DNA of 64,000 nucleotides from Tubulanus polymorphus (lineage: Eukaryota; Animalia; Nemertea), in NCBI RefSeq assembly GCF_964204645.1, contig NC_134026.1, positions 16,526,150 through 16,590,149 of the forward strand, read 5' to 3'. Shown one piece after another: positions 1 through 12,919 of this stretch. A model generated the notes under the pieces. The model was not told the DNA's origin and did no database searches. It saw only the letters and a list, made by a program, of their open reading frames with translations. A program made the position numbers and the translations under genes. The first letter of the stretch is position 1. Every line of letters starts with the position of its first letter.

Positions 1-166
1 TCCATACATCGATACACATGAAAATAATGATGGTTTATATTATGTAATACCTTGTAATATAGCTTTGATATTTGATCCTATTTTCAAAATTTATAAAACT
101 AAACTAATAGAAATCGATAATAATAAAAGTGGTGTTGTTGATAATTTAAGTAATGTAATTGATAAT

Positions 167-244
167 AATAATGTAATACCTTCTACATCTAATAATGTAA
201 TACCTTCTACATCTAATAATGTAATACCTTCTACATCTAATAAT
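167..244 (+). repeat. 24-bp coding tandem repeat x3 (NNVIPSTS)
   Basis: aataatgtaataccttctacatct repeated three times in ORF 65..280. Confidence 0.9.
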
Positions 245-489
245 AAACATATAATACAAAGGTACATATTACTAATGTAATAGAACGTGTTGGTTTAAGA
301 GAATTTATAGAACACCCATTTAAATATGTTACAAAATTTGTTTCAAATAAAAAAGTAAATGGTAAAGAATTATATGAAGATTTATTATTAGCAACACCTA
401 ATAAAGATGAATTAGATTTAACCGATGCTAATAAAATATTAGGATCAAACACTGTAAATGAAATATTAGGAGCAATTACTACTAACTAT

Positions 490-580
490 TAATTCTATTC
501 CATAATTCTGAAACGTTAGAATATGATACTTCACTTTCTGGGTTATAATATAACTCTCTTAAATATTGTTCTTTTTTCAT
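490..580 (-). pseudogene. Polinton integrase N-terminal stub (about 30 aa, truncated)
   Basis: MKKEQYLRELYYNPESEVSYSNVSELW matches the start of the copy B integrase at 39864. Confidence 0.75.
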
Positions 581-589
581 CTTTTAATC

Positions 590-961
590 CATTAATAATA
601 ATTTAGATTTAGTTTCAACGGCTTTATGATTTGACTTATTTTCTGGTATGATAGGTTTATCATCATTGGAATCATCTTTATCATCAGATTTGAATTTTGA
701 TTTATATATTACACCGGATAATATAATAATTGTGATTTACCCAATTGTAATATATAAGTAATTATTTCTTCCACTATTAGAAGAATTAGAAGAATTAGAT
801 GGATTATTATTTGAATCAATAACAGATAATTTCAGTGATTCATTTATATCAGTTAATTTCTTTTTCTTAGCTTTTTTTAATTCTGAAGATCTTTTACCTA
901 ATTCTCTTGCCCATTTAATTTGTTTCTCGGATCTGGGATTTTTCTTAACGCCATCACTCAT
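590..961 (-). pseudogene. small basic/TM protein of Polinton-like element
   Basis: ORF 737..961 (RSEKQIKWARELGKRS) continuing past a stop into a hydrophobic segment; homolog at about 39880-40220. Confidence 0.55.
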
Positions 962-1568
962 TTATTTTAGTTAATTTTTGTTCTGATTCATTTTCTGTTT
1001 CGCCGTTTGGTTGTAGTACAGCGTCATCTGTTTCGTTCTTACCTGATTTATATTCCATAGGTTTGATGTTCGAAAATGTTATGACACCAGTAGAAATTAA
1101 CGTCATAACCGATCCTAATTGAAATGAAGCATAACCAACCCATTTTTGTAATTCAGTCATAACTAAGTAGTCATTTTTCAAATCACTATATAATTTATTT
1201 TCATCATCAATTGGTATTAACTGGTTACATAACTTAGAATAACATTTGACAATACCATCTGAAAAAGAATCATTTATTCTAGCCAATCTAGCTTCTTCAT
1301 AAATCTTAAAATATTTTATTACTTTATCGGGTTTCATAGAGTCTAATTCTTGAAAAGTTATTATTTTCCCGATAAACTGATTACATTTACCACTAACAAT
1401 TAGTAATTCAAGATGGTGTTTACAATATAAGTAGTATTCATAATATATATTACAATTAACTTGAATATTATTTTCAATTTTGGTTGTAATATCCTTATTA
1501 TCACTAATGCCTAAATCATCTAATGTTTTTTCAATATCAATCCTTTTCTTACTCGATTTCTTTGACAT
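954..1568 (-). CDS. conserved hypothetical protein of Polinton-like element (204 aa, intact)
   Basis: Open ORF with TAAATG start; disrupted homolog at 40215-40794. Confidence 0.7.
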   Translation of the reverse strand: MSKKSSKKRIDIEKTLDDLGISDNKDITTKIENNIQVNCNIYYEYYLYCKHHLELLIVSGKCNQFIGKIITFQELDSMKPDKVIKYFKIYEEARLARINDSFSDGIVKCYSKLCNQLIPIDDENKLYSDLKNDYLVMTELQKWVGYASFQLGSVMTLISTGVITFSNIKPMEYKSGKNETDDAVLQPNGETENESEQKLTKINE

Positions 1569-1668
1569 TTATATTAGAGAAATTTAATAAGAAAAATATT
1601 ATAAGTATTATAAAATGATACCAGTATCTCTTTAGATTAATACTAGCTTAGTTAAAGGTAAAGAATTT

Positions 1669-1762
1669 TAGTATTAGTCATTGTTTTTTTAGTATTTTTT
1701 ATTTGTGATATAAAGTATTCTTTTTTGAAAAGAAAATATTAAAAAAACAATAACTAATACTA
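1669..1762. terminator. long AT-rich hairpin downstream of HNH gene
   Basis: tagtattagtcattgtttttttagtatttt pairs with aaaatattaaaaaaacaataactaatacta (about 30-bp stem); terminator function inferred only. Confidence 0.45.
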
Positions 1763-1815
1763 GCTAGTTGAAGATATGTAATTTTTAATACTTTTTATTT
1801 AAATTCTATTATTCT

Positions 1816-2473
1816 TTAACCACTCATTAAAGACTCAACGTATTGTCCATTATTTGGGTCATTGTTCCATTGATCAATAAATTTCTTTGCCTTTGTTAAC
1901 TGTTCTAAATATAACTGTAAATCTAGTTTATTAGATTTGATTTGATTTTCTTTCTTTTCAAGAGGTCTTAAATTTTTCCAACCCCAAATAAGTTTTTTAT
2001 TGTATTCATCATTCATGTTAAATTTAGATATCGGTAATGTATGATCAATATGAATGTATTCACCATAATTATCTATATTCATTTTATCATCGAATTGAAA
2101 TATAATCCATGATTTGAGAAATTCATCTGAACAACCCAACAAATTAGATAGAGTTTCTGAATGTGTTTCTTTGTTGAATAATTGTGTTAATCTAGATCTT
2201 CAATCTCAAATTAAGATCTGTTTGATATCTTTCTCTCATATATTCTGCCATATAATAATTATAATGTTCTATATTATCTTCTCGATATTGTTTGGTATAT
2301 AGTTTAGTGCAAGTTTTACAGCAATATTGAAAACCATCTTTGCTAATCTTACGCTTACTAAATTCTGTTAAAGCTAATTTATCTAATTCACACTTAGAAC
2401 ACTTCTTGTAGTATATATTTATAACACCAGCGTTATTTGTAATATTGATAGTTTGAGGTTGTTCTGGTTCCAT
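1816..2473 (-). pseudogene. HNH endonuclease with N-terminal CxxC...CxxC zinc ribbon (NCLDV/phage-type), disrupted near 2192
   Basis: KKCSKC...KDGFQYCCKTC; LGCSDEFLKSW...NYGEYIHIDHTLPISKFNM...WKNLRPLEKKENQIKSNK. Confidence 0.8.
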
Positions 2474-2480
2474 TTTAATA

Positions 2481-3337
2481 TCAAATTTTTTTACTAAATT
2501 GATTTCCATATTTGGAGTTATGATATTTTGATTGAAGATGGTGTGATTTATTGCCTCGAGTATAATATTTTCCACAATTACATAAAACGCTTTCATTAGG
2601 ATTATATTTAGGCGTAACAATTTCATTATCTAAGTTGCATTGAGTTCCAACATTTTTAAATGATTTTTCATTATCTAATTCACATTGAATACCAATAATT
2701 GATGAATTTTCATTATAGATAATTGGTTTATCATCAAAATTTAAATAATATAATTTTTTTTTCAATTCTTAAGTTAATCAAATTATTGCAACCTCTAGAA
2801 AGTATTAAATCATCATTTCTTGCATTGAAAGGAGTTTCAAGAATATTTATAATTTTTTCATCTAAAGTTCCTTAATGATTTAAAACTGTATTAAATATGT
2901 TAGGATTTTTGATTCCATTATCTATCAGTTCAATAATTAAATATGCTTCATTTGATAATATTTGATTGATTATAGAAATATTATCAATTTTATATTGTCT
3001 TCCATACACTAAATTTGTTGCTGAGATATAATTTTTAATGTTAAATAATGAAAATAAGTTATCATTATTCATATTTCTAATATGGCTTTTAGATTTTAAA
3101 TGTTCATTATAAATGTTCATTATAACATCTTTTATCACTGAATGATTGATTACATGTATCACATTTATATGTTTCTTTTTCATTCTTTAATTATTTTAAT
3201 TTAGTTTCTAATACATCCTCTTTATATTCTAGTTTCAATTTATTCTCTAAATGTGTTTTAGTTTTATTGTGTCTTGATTTTTGGGATTTATCTATATTGA
3301 TATTACATGTTGAACAGTAGTACTAATTTGCTTCCAT
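2481..3337 (-). pseudogene. multi-zinc-finger protein whose N-terminus is homologous to the pPolB N-terminus of copy B
   Basis: MEAN*YYCSTC...YKCDTCNQSFSDKRCY...HLKSKSH vs 43799..44293; C-terminal CNCGKYYTRGNKSHHLQSKYH finger; frameshifts. Confidence 0.65.
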
Positions 3338-3856
3338 TACTAAATTTTTTACTAGAATTGATTTTAGAAGTTATTCATTTATATTTTATTCATATATATG
3401 AATATTTTAAGAGTAATAGGGGTTTAGTTGTTTCATATCAAAGGTTGAAGGGGTGAGTGAGTAAAAAATAAAAAATAAATTCGAGTGTGCGAGCCGAATG
3501 TCAAAAAAGGGTGTAAGTAAGCACCCATCATTTTTTAGAAAGTAGGATACATTAGACGAATACCAACCAAACTAGCTAATGAAATGCAGGCCTCCATATC
3601 AATCCCTCGTACCTTAGGTGGTTAAGGCTTGGTCGGACGGGTTGTCACATGGTCGATTGCTACACGAAATAGAACCGGGTTCTTACTTAATGGCAGAGCT
3701 CGTAGAGGTTTCTACATGAATTAGAAACGACCAATACGTCCATCTAATTGGCCGAGGACGATTGACCGGGTTTTAAGAAGAAGAACGTAAAGGAGATAAA
3801 TCATGGACGATAAATCGAATTAATTTTGCACCATTTTCTGCTTTATTTATGTGTAC

Positions 3857-3964
3857 ATAGACAATGACTTGGAGTTGATCCTCAGGTACACGTGTAAGAA
3901 CCATCCAAGTTCATACAGTTTCCGCCGGTAAAACATACATGGGTGCCTTTGCATTCGTTGATAT
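3857..3964 (-). CDS. host exon: calcium-binding EGF domain with in-frame TGA at 3882-3884
   Basis: tttcag acceptor; DINECKGTHVCFTGGNCMNLDGSYTCT*GSTPSHCL; 108 nt, phase 1-1 like exons 12314-12421 and 51788-51895; donor weak. Confidence 0.75.
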
Positions 3965-5158
3965 CTGAAAAGAAATTTAGGCGCCTCTAACAGCCGTATC
4001 GCACAGGTTGTAAATTAACCATACCATAAGACATCGCACCTACTGTGCTCACTCTTCATAACAAAAGAAAGTTTTCCCTCCACATTCTTAATTTCGATCC
4101 ACCGCAATGAAATGCTTGAAAGTCTGACAATATGAGAAACAACTTTGCGGTATGTGGTTCGAACCATGCAACAATTCCAATATGAAATGAATTGAATTGC
4201 TGAATGTATGCATATATAGTCTCAAATATCGACACTACCGCTGAAATGTATAACGATCTGTGAAACGAATTAACGAGGGCTGTGTTTTCTTTGTTATTCA
4301 CGGTCAGTAGAAGGCTGTACTCTCGTCAACCAGTCGACAGCAATCTGAGGAGGAGAGCGTTAACTACTATCTTTCAAAAAATATGGATTTGACGAGAATA
4401 CTTATTTTTACGTAAAACCATCAATCTTATTAGATAACGCAAGTCGGCCTTTACGCTTTATTTTCACGACTCGCAGACGATCCTTATTGTTTGTCTCTCC
4501 AGTCAGCCTCAGGACTCAATTAGCTTTTGACAGTTCTTCGTGACAGATACGGTTACTTGATATTTGAGTAGATATGAGTAGAGAATATCGGAGAAGTATT
4601 ATTGAATTGAATAGTAGTAGTATTTGACAGATAATTATAAGATACACATTTTCAAACTATCAAGCTGTAAAACCCCTATTTCATAACAGCTGGACGACTG
4701 GATGACTGGCCAACTGCGCTAACCGGGTGACTGGTCGACTACGAGACTGCACGACTAGGTGAATTATGGCGACGACGATGGCGATATCCCAGCCTTGTTT
4801 TCATACGAATGTAGGGTAATAAGAGCCTTTAAAATTACGTATAGGATGTTTGGAATTCTTGACCACGTTATATGAGAATTAACAGGAAAACAATCTTAAT
4901 GGATGTGATAAGGAAAATTGACACAATTTTATCTCAAAAAAGAATCCTAACCTAAACTTTGTCAAAAATTGACTAGATTCAATCTCATGACATCATACCA
5001 TCCTTTTTCGCTAGTCCTCATTTTCAGTCTTGTTGTGACAGACAAATGTACCTGCGCGTTTAAAGAATACTGGAGAGTTGAAGTCCTCCAATGTAAAATT
5101 GCCACATATTTTGTTTCTTGCATTATTCTATATAATCGAAACTTGTCCAATATGGTTA

Positions 5159-5628
5159 CTGACTTAGGGAGCATCTCAAACTTTCGATAGTTGCTTCAAT
5201 TAGGATCACTCGCGGAAGGGGGTGGGATGGAGGCCTCCCACGGATTCATCACGACTGCCGAACTATCGAGTTAATGCGGAGCAATAAAGATAACGTTGAA
5301 TTGAATTGCAGTTTCAAATATATATATTACAAGCAGTAGATTTAACCGCCTCTCTTTTAGATGCTGTTGGTTTAGATATATTTGATTTTGTTTATAAAGT
5401 CTATTAGAGTTGAATAGGTTTTCCACTTGTAATTTTGCTAATCTATTCTTCAATTAAAAGTTTTGAACACTCGTGAGAATGTCTTATCTTTGTCTCGTGG
5501 TCTCTCATTAGTAAATCAATAGTTCCAACTTTGGCATGTGTCTAATCAAAGGGGGGGGGGTTAAAACCAATTAGACACTTATTCTAAATGAGGGAACTAT
5601 TGACATTTTGAGATGCTCCCTAAGTCAG
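5159..5628. mobile_element. MITE with about 22-bp terminal inverted repeats
   Basis: ctgacttagggagcatctcaaa ... tttgagatgctccctaagtcag. Confidence 0.7.
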
Positions 5629-7418
5629 ACTATGGGTGGTCCACGTGAAGCCAATTTGAGACATGTAGACCCTATACTTTACCGTAATAAAAACCAGAAA
5701 TGTTAAATGAAGCAATTCATCTAATGATTTATTTTCGAAAATTCAATAAAGTTGAACGATACAGATCCCCTAGATCGAATATACTTTTAATCATTCAGCA
5801 AACGATGTGTAGGTACAACAAAAACAACCTACCCCTCGCAAGTATTTATGTACTGAACATTAGATATCATGTTAGGTAAACTCAGTTATCAATGTATACT
5901 TCACAAAACGTGTAACGCCTTTTCCTTCGTTCTATCATAGTTTGTTTTCTTGTTTTTAAATTTTTCATTGACCTCAGTGAATAGACCACCCAACGACTAT
6001 ACTCTTAGAACTATAGGCTCATAGTTTTTATGAGTTCTTCGTGGAACCTTGGGGTTCTTCAGCACCTAAAAGGGTTCTTCATCGTATAAAGGGGTTCTTG
6101 GGTGAGCGAAAGGTTCTTCAAAGAACCCGCAATTTCTATTCCATTAGAGGATCATAGTTACCCTCGTTTCTGAACAAATATTTATATCAGCACATTTTTA
6201 GAATAGGGAATCTTACAACATATACTCATGATTTTAAATCGTAATGATTTGGCCGGTAGATCAAAATATGAGGCCTAGATTTGTATACCACTGATCTGCA
6301 ATCCACTCAGGCCAATTTTCAGATTTTTCTTCAATCACCACTTCAGGTAAAAGTTAGTCAATACATTCGAGACATTCATTTCCTGTTTTCACTACAGAAT
6401 ATTTCATGACAAAATCGCCATTCATCTCGTTATTAAGAATTCAATAGCTAAATACAAGTTTTAACTACTAAGTGATCATATGAAAACTTAGTGTTATGTA
6501 CAATCTATAATTCATTTTCTTTGTCACATGGCGAAATTAGGCCAATAAGAAGAGAATTTAGGCCAACAAGACGTTTTCTTTGTCAATAGTAGGGTTATAG
6601 GAAACTGGAAATTCATATTCTAATACATCATTTCACCATTTTTATGATATTGAGACTGTTTCATTCATAGACACTAAGATTTTAAGTAGGTAATTTTGAA
6701 AATATCTTGCTCATTCCTTAAGATTTTTGTTTTTCACTCTTTAGGTTTCAACTATGAATAAAGGACTGGTATACTAGCTATCTAGGCTGTGCTACAAGAT
6801 CAGCACAGTCACATGGATTCATACCTTAACAAGACAGAGTTTTTCCTTAGTGGATGCAAACTCTGGACATTTTGGACATTCGAGCATTGCAGTTCTTGAA
6901 TACTTTCAAATCAGTTTTTAATTCGTGGATATTCCAGAAGTGTTACCTGGAGATATTCGGATGCGCTTTGTTTATGGATTACGTTGAACAAGACGCTTGT
7001 ATCACTCACTTCATATCATTATAAAGCCTAAGTAAAATGGCTGTCAATGTATACTCATGTCAAATCTCTAGTCGTTAATATTTAAGTTCAAATTAGAGAC
7101 ACGTCTGACTTCAGTTCCCATTAAGTCTAAACGGTTTCGTGTCCATGAAATTGAGTAAAAAGTTAAAGAAGTTAAATGGAAACAATCATCGAAATAAAAA
7201 ATTTAATGATTTAAAAGAATTAGAGGATTAAAACAGCATCTTTTAATTTCATTTATTTTATATATTTTAACTATAAAAATGAGTGAGAGTAAGGTATTAG
7301 AAATATTACACCTTATTTATAAAAAAAACATCTGTTTTAATGACTAAATTGAAAAAGAAACTAAACCTGAAAGCATATTAATTGATTTAATATTCTGTTG
7401 ATTTTTATAAATAAGGTG

Positions 7419-7420
<2 letters not shown>

Positions 7421-7468
<48 letters not shown>

Positions 7469-7476
7469 ATATATAT

Positions 7477-7562
<86 letters not shown>
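7421..7562. repeat. (TA)n microsatellite
   Basis: direct observation. Confidence 0.98.
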
Positions 7563-7564
<2 letters not shown>

Positions 7565-7674
7565 TTCCTTGAAATCATTAGAGATTATCCATATATTAAA
7601 CTGCAATACTCCTAGAATCTGCTGAAATCACTAATCCGTTAGTATATAGGAATATAGGGGTTCATACCAAAGGT

Positions 7675-7676
<2 letters not shown>

Positions 7677-7758
<82 letters not shown>
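7677..7758. repeat. (TA)n microsatellite
   Basis: direct observation. Confidence 0.98.
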
Positions 7759-7762
<4 letters not shown>

Positions 7763-10700
7763 CCCTCTTCCAATCAGTGATGTAATGTGCATGAACTTCC
7801 GCCCAGTTGAATGAATACAGGCGGAATAAGCATTTTATTTTGATGTCCGTCAAATAACTTCAAATCATCCCTGGTTGTATAAATACCATTTGCTGATATC
7901 TCAAGCCTTTGACAAACTATTTCAAGATTCCGAGAATGCCCGCGCAGCATTTTCGTGAGTTAATATAAGTGCCGATTTAACAATTTCTAAATGTTTGCAA
8001 ATTTGATACTACCAACATCATCTCGTAACGTAATAATGAATCTATCTGAATCAGCTCACCATCGTTCTCATACCATTCATCTGGAATAATTTCATTTTAA
8101 ATATACACGCCATTCATAAAACAATCGATCTATATTAATGGAGGGTGATATTTCCCTAGCTAGTATTAAAATGGCTGCTAAATTATACTTGGGAGGTGTG
8201 CCTACTTGGCTGTAGGCATCTTGCATTGTGATTGCATGTTTTGGTAGTTCTGTCTAGTGTAGAGATACACCAACAGTTAGCATAAATGACGTCGTTCCAA
8301 GCTTTTTTGATTTTCACGCACGCTTCTCACTCTGATCATTCGTATTCTCACCAAAATCAGCATCATCGAGCCATTTCTGGCTAGATTTAATGTCGACTGA
8401 TTTAAGGTGATAAAGTTTATTAGCTGGGTTGCCGTGTTTCCAACATTACCGAATTTATGCAATCTTCGCATCGTCCCCATCCTTCCCCGACAGGGATTCG
8501 AATCTGGTGGCATCGAGATTGCCACGCCGGTGCGAAACCCTGCCACACTAGACCGAGTGCGCAGCTACACGTGCAGCTTAAATGATGTCATTATCAGCCA
8601 ATCAGATATCCCGTTTTATTTTAGCCCGAGTTTTCCGATTTATTGTTCTTCCGTGAAATTTATCTCAGCGATTATACAACGAGCAATCTGATTGGTGCGA
8701 ATACCTGCCGAGGGAGGATGCATTGCCCTGGACAAATCGACAATCCTACCGCAAGTAGAATAAGTAACATTTGCGCTGAAAAACTTCCATAGCCAACTTC
8801 AAGTCTGCTCTTGCGACATTATCTTTCGGACAGTTGCTCTGGTTTTTCCGGTTTTTCTGGTTTTGTTTGTCAATCAACGCGAGTACTAGTGGAGGGTGGA
8901 CCTTTTTGGCAAAAAAAGTTGTCGCTAACATTTAGAAAAATCATAGATCTTCCTTACGTTGCCCTTTGTCGGAGCATGCTGGTTGGAGTTGTAGCAATTC
9001 TTGATTGTTACGTTTTATCACGGTCACACAGATTTTACAGTAGGGGCACACCCGATACTCCGCAGATTCGATACTCCGACGCTGATAATTGTAGATATCA
9101 ATTGTAGATACCTAATGCGCCAGTACACAGAGAATCTGACTATTTGTTGTAAACCAGTGATTCAACACTCATTCAATTCAATTAAATTTTGATTCAATAT
9201 TTATTCCACGGAAAAGAAGTCAGTTGGAAATCAATCTGAACACGAGCCATAAAAGCAACTGGGATTCCACCTGGGACCGGCTAACCACGGAGGGATGTAA
9301 AGATTCCAGACGAGTGATAATGCACCAAATACATTTTACAAACTATTATACAAAGATATTTCAATCAATGCACTCGATCAATAATTGATCAAATGTTGAT
9401 AACAGACAAGACTTTCAAACGAGCACAGATATATAAAAAATCGCTGCAAATCTGGACAAGGTGTTATACACCATCCTTCCAATATGAACTACAGTATCCA
9501 CAAGTAGCAATTCGATAACGCTATTACATGTTTTAACCTATTATCGAGAAAGCGTACCTAACTAAGGACCTAACTTATATTTAGGGGCCTATAAGTAATT
9601 CATTTCCATGGGCATGATATTCAATTACGATTATTCGCATTCCTGGAGAGGTTGAACGACAAAACTAATATACTAATGGCATAACTGTTTACAATTTAAC
9701 CGTAGGCCTATATGGGGGATAATTTGACAGCAATTTGCTATCCAAGTAGCGGCAGCATTCCCTATTTTACAGGCAAATAAATCACTGTTTGGGAAAGAAA
9801 TAACTTTCAAAAATCTCGGAAATTACTTAGTAGTTAGATGTCTCCTGAAAGCGACCAACGTTTTTGAATAGGAACTCATCTCCAATTTGCTCTTTAAATC
9901 AATCCCCATTAAATTTGTTTTATTTCCAAGCAGTGATCCTTTCTTAAACTTTCATCAAATATTTACTCATCTGACGAAAGCCTATCATGTCTATGAAGAA
10001 AGGCAATTAATTTAATGTACGGTACCTCTAGGTGGCAATCATACTGACAAAAACATGGGTTGTTTGAAAATATATCAACACATTTAAAGTATTGACAACG
10101 TTTAAAAAAAGCAATAACTCGAAATTATTCAGACAAACCATTTGAAAACTGGATACTGTAAAGACTTAATGGATATTATATGACGCATGAGACCAATACC
10201 AAAATTTCAATCCAAAGATACACTGGCGATTATCGGAGTATCGACGAGTCGGAATATAGAAGTGCCGGGGTACCTATGCGTCGGAGTATCGAGGCGTCAG
10301 AGCATCGGGAGGTCCCGTTGCTATCGGTAATCTGGAAAAAGGAAGTGGACATTGGATTTTATGGATCTTATTCAATATAAGAATTGGCTTGTTAGTAAAA
10401 ATCATCTTTTTATTGAAGACAAATGGAACCAGATGATACATGAAGTGAGAATACAGTACATCAACTGCAATACTTAATCCAGGTAAACTTTAATCATTAT
10501 GAATTAAAAAGTCTCGTCTTAAATTAGGCCTATGGATATGCTGTTGACTTTCATTCACCACGGGTTTAATACATTACTATCATTTACTTCGTTATTGAGT
10601 TATAAGAGAAGTATTATTAGAGATGCTGCAAAATCAATTTTTAACATTTTAATGGATTGGTTATAGCTAGGATGAATTACTATCATCATTCCATGTAACT

Positions 10701-11475
10701 TTTATGTAGTTTTGGTCAAGGATATCAGATACATATTACAGATACATATACATTTACAAACAAAGATGGTTGTCAAACTCTGTATACTCACATGCTTCAT
10801 ATAAGATAAACGTTAAGCACAAAAAGAAACCATCGATGATATTTACCCATTAACCAACTGCATTTGTGTAATAATTAAACCCCTTACAGCATAGGGTATT
10901 AATGATTAAGGTGCACCAATCATCCTTTCTCAAAAGCGATAATTTTTTGCATCAAATATGAAAGTAAATACACCACCATTCACGACACTTGAAAACGCAC
11001 GTTGGCAATCTATTCTGCGAAAATGTGAGGAATATAGAAAAAATTTTTGCACAAATAGGAGGTTTATAGAATTTCTATAGAAAATATAGCAAAATAGGAG
11101 ACATGTGGTGATGGGATGTACTGTAATAATGATGGTGGAACGAGTGGCGAAAAAGATGATGGGTTTGATGGGGAGATGGTGACGATGGGATAAAGTGGGG
11201 TGATAGTCATGATATGATGATAATAGAGATGGGGATGATGATGATGCCATCATATTGACTAGTCATGTAGCGCCCTATTCATCCAGTTAACCAGTAAACA
11301 AGTCATCGGTCGTCCAATCGACGAGTGAAACAGTCCCTCAGTATACCTTTCACCTGTTCACAGTTGGCGGATCATCGAATCATATCAGAATAAAGAATCA
11401 AACCAAATGTATGCAATATATTCCTACATCATTGCACTATTACCCCGTATTCTACTCTTGGCCCAGGAGACTTAC

Positions 11476-11529
11476 CTACACAGCGGTTAGTAAATTCGTC
11501 AAAGTAATACCCATTTCCACAAACCATGT
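11476..11529 (-). CDS. host exon: short Cys-containing (half-EGF-like) exon
   Basis: tatctag acceptor, gtaagt donor; DMVCGNGYYFDEFTNRCV; 54 nt, phase 1-1. Confidence 0.7.
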   Translation of the reverse strand, partial: TWFVEMGITLTNLLTAV

Positions 11530-11601
11530 CTAGATACAATAGAGAAAGTTTATGATTTGAAAAATACTTTTGCCAACCCTAAAGAATTGCTTTATGATTA
11601 C

Positions 11602-12147
11602 CGTGAGCCAATTGAAATGCTATATTTTCAGCAATATTCTCGTTCGATTCGCGCAAGTAATAATGCAATTCCTGGTGGTACGGCTTTGGGATGACTTGTT
11701 TAATGATATTATCCTCTATGGTATAGGAGGCCTCGTAGATCCGAATCGACTGCGTTTGAAGATTTCTCATTGCGTAGAACGTCTCTCTACGGTTCATCGA
11801 TACACCACTTCCAACGTAGATTAGGACTTTTTTGGCACCTTTTCGATGACCTTTCATTAACATATCAGTACGTGCCAGAGTAAGGGCTTCATTTGTTTTA
11901 GGATCAAAACCATTCCATAATAACTGTTTTACGTAGTCCATAGCGCAAGTTGAATTTGTGCATGTAGACAGCGACGTAAGAATCCCGAGCTTAGAAGAGT
12001 AGCTTGCAATTGATAAATGCACAAAATCAGGATCTATATAGAATTGATTGATTATATCTTCAGCTAAATCAATCAGTAATTCCCATTGGTTCTGATAGAT
12101 CGCACTGGAAGAATCCATGAGGAAAGCCACATCAACCTTCACCATTT
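11602..12147 (-). CDS. host exon: von Willebrand factor A domain
   Basis: VDVAFLMDSSSAI...VHLSIASYSS...TNEALTLAR...RKGAKKVLIYVGSG; ttccag acceptor, gtaatc donor; 546 nt. Confidence 0.9.
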
Positions 12148-12313
12148 CTGGAATTAAGAAGGATGATCTTTGTCATAGCAAACTGCACTTCTCTTTCGGG
12201 TGCCCAACAATTCACTATATGTCCGTTAAGATCCGGAGCGAGGGGATATCATGTGTGATTTTCCTAAGAATATTTGATGAAAATAACGGTTCATGGTCCG
12301 ACATTGCGCTTAC

Positions 12314-12421
12314 CTTTACATTTATCGTCATGGCGAAGGCAAGCACATTCATACGAGCCTGGTGTGTTGTAGCATGCACCATTATTGGGACACGTCTTTG
12401 ATCCAGTACACTCGTTAACGT
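12314..12421 (-). CDS. host exon: calcium-binding EGF domain
   Basis: DVNECTGSKTCPNNGACYNTPGSYECACLRHDDKCK; tttcag/gtaagc; 108 nt. Confidence 0.9.
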
Positions 12422-12919
12422 CTGAAATTATGTAGTTAAACAGGTAATCATAATGAACGGATAGTCACAAAACACTCGACATCCCAACATACCAGGCATT
12501 TCCCGACATAGTTGCAATTTCTTTATAATGCTCTGGAAACTTTTTTTCTGTACAACTTTTCATATTCCGTGGTAGGAAAAGAAACAAGATTGGTTTTGTT
12601 GGTGCGCATAAACGAAAATTATAGCGCAAGATAAATTCTGTTCATTTCCTCTGAATTCAATTCCTTTTGCATTTTCCATGACCGAAGTCATAAATAATGC
12701 ATGTGCCCTTATCAGGCACCGCACGCATTGCAATTTGTTAGGAGATGTTTCGTGTTTTCGTTCGTCAAGAAAATGGTCGAACCGCACGCTTGCTTCGTGT
12801 AGCAACTTAAGTCATAATGAAACTTGCGGACGATTCGGCAAATGAATACCTGAAATTTTTTCATAAGCAATAAGATCATTGGTCATTGGGGATAGTTTTC
12901 TATTTAACGTATCAATGGG

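Larger units (their letters stand above)
1..3500 (-). mobile_element. Polinton/Maverick-like element copy A (partial, decayed; runs off window start)
   Basis: Very AT-rich, intronless, densely packed ORFs collinear and homologous with copy B 39780-44834 (integrase N-terminus, small TM ORF, 204-aa ORF, HNH, ZnF N-terminus); shared terminal non-coding segment 3380-3495 vs 44720-44834. Confidence 0.85.

Noticed and set aside
7361-7606. ORF with poly-(YI)
   Set aside because: Translation of a (TA)n microsatellite
12490-12850. Possible extra host exon upstream of the EGF exon (similar segments at 3990-4300 and 51900-52030)
   Set aside because: No frame is both open and bounded by compatible splice sites; cannot support a call
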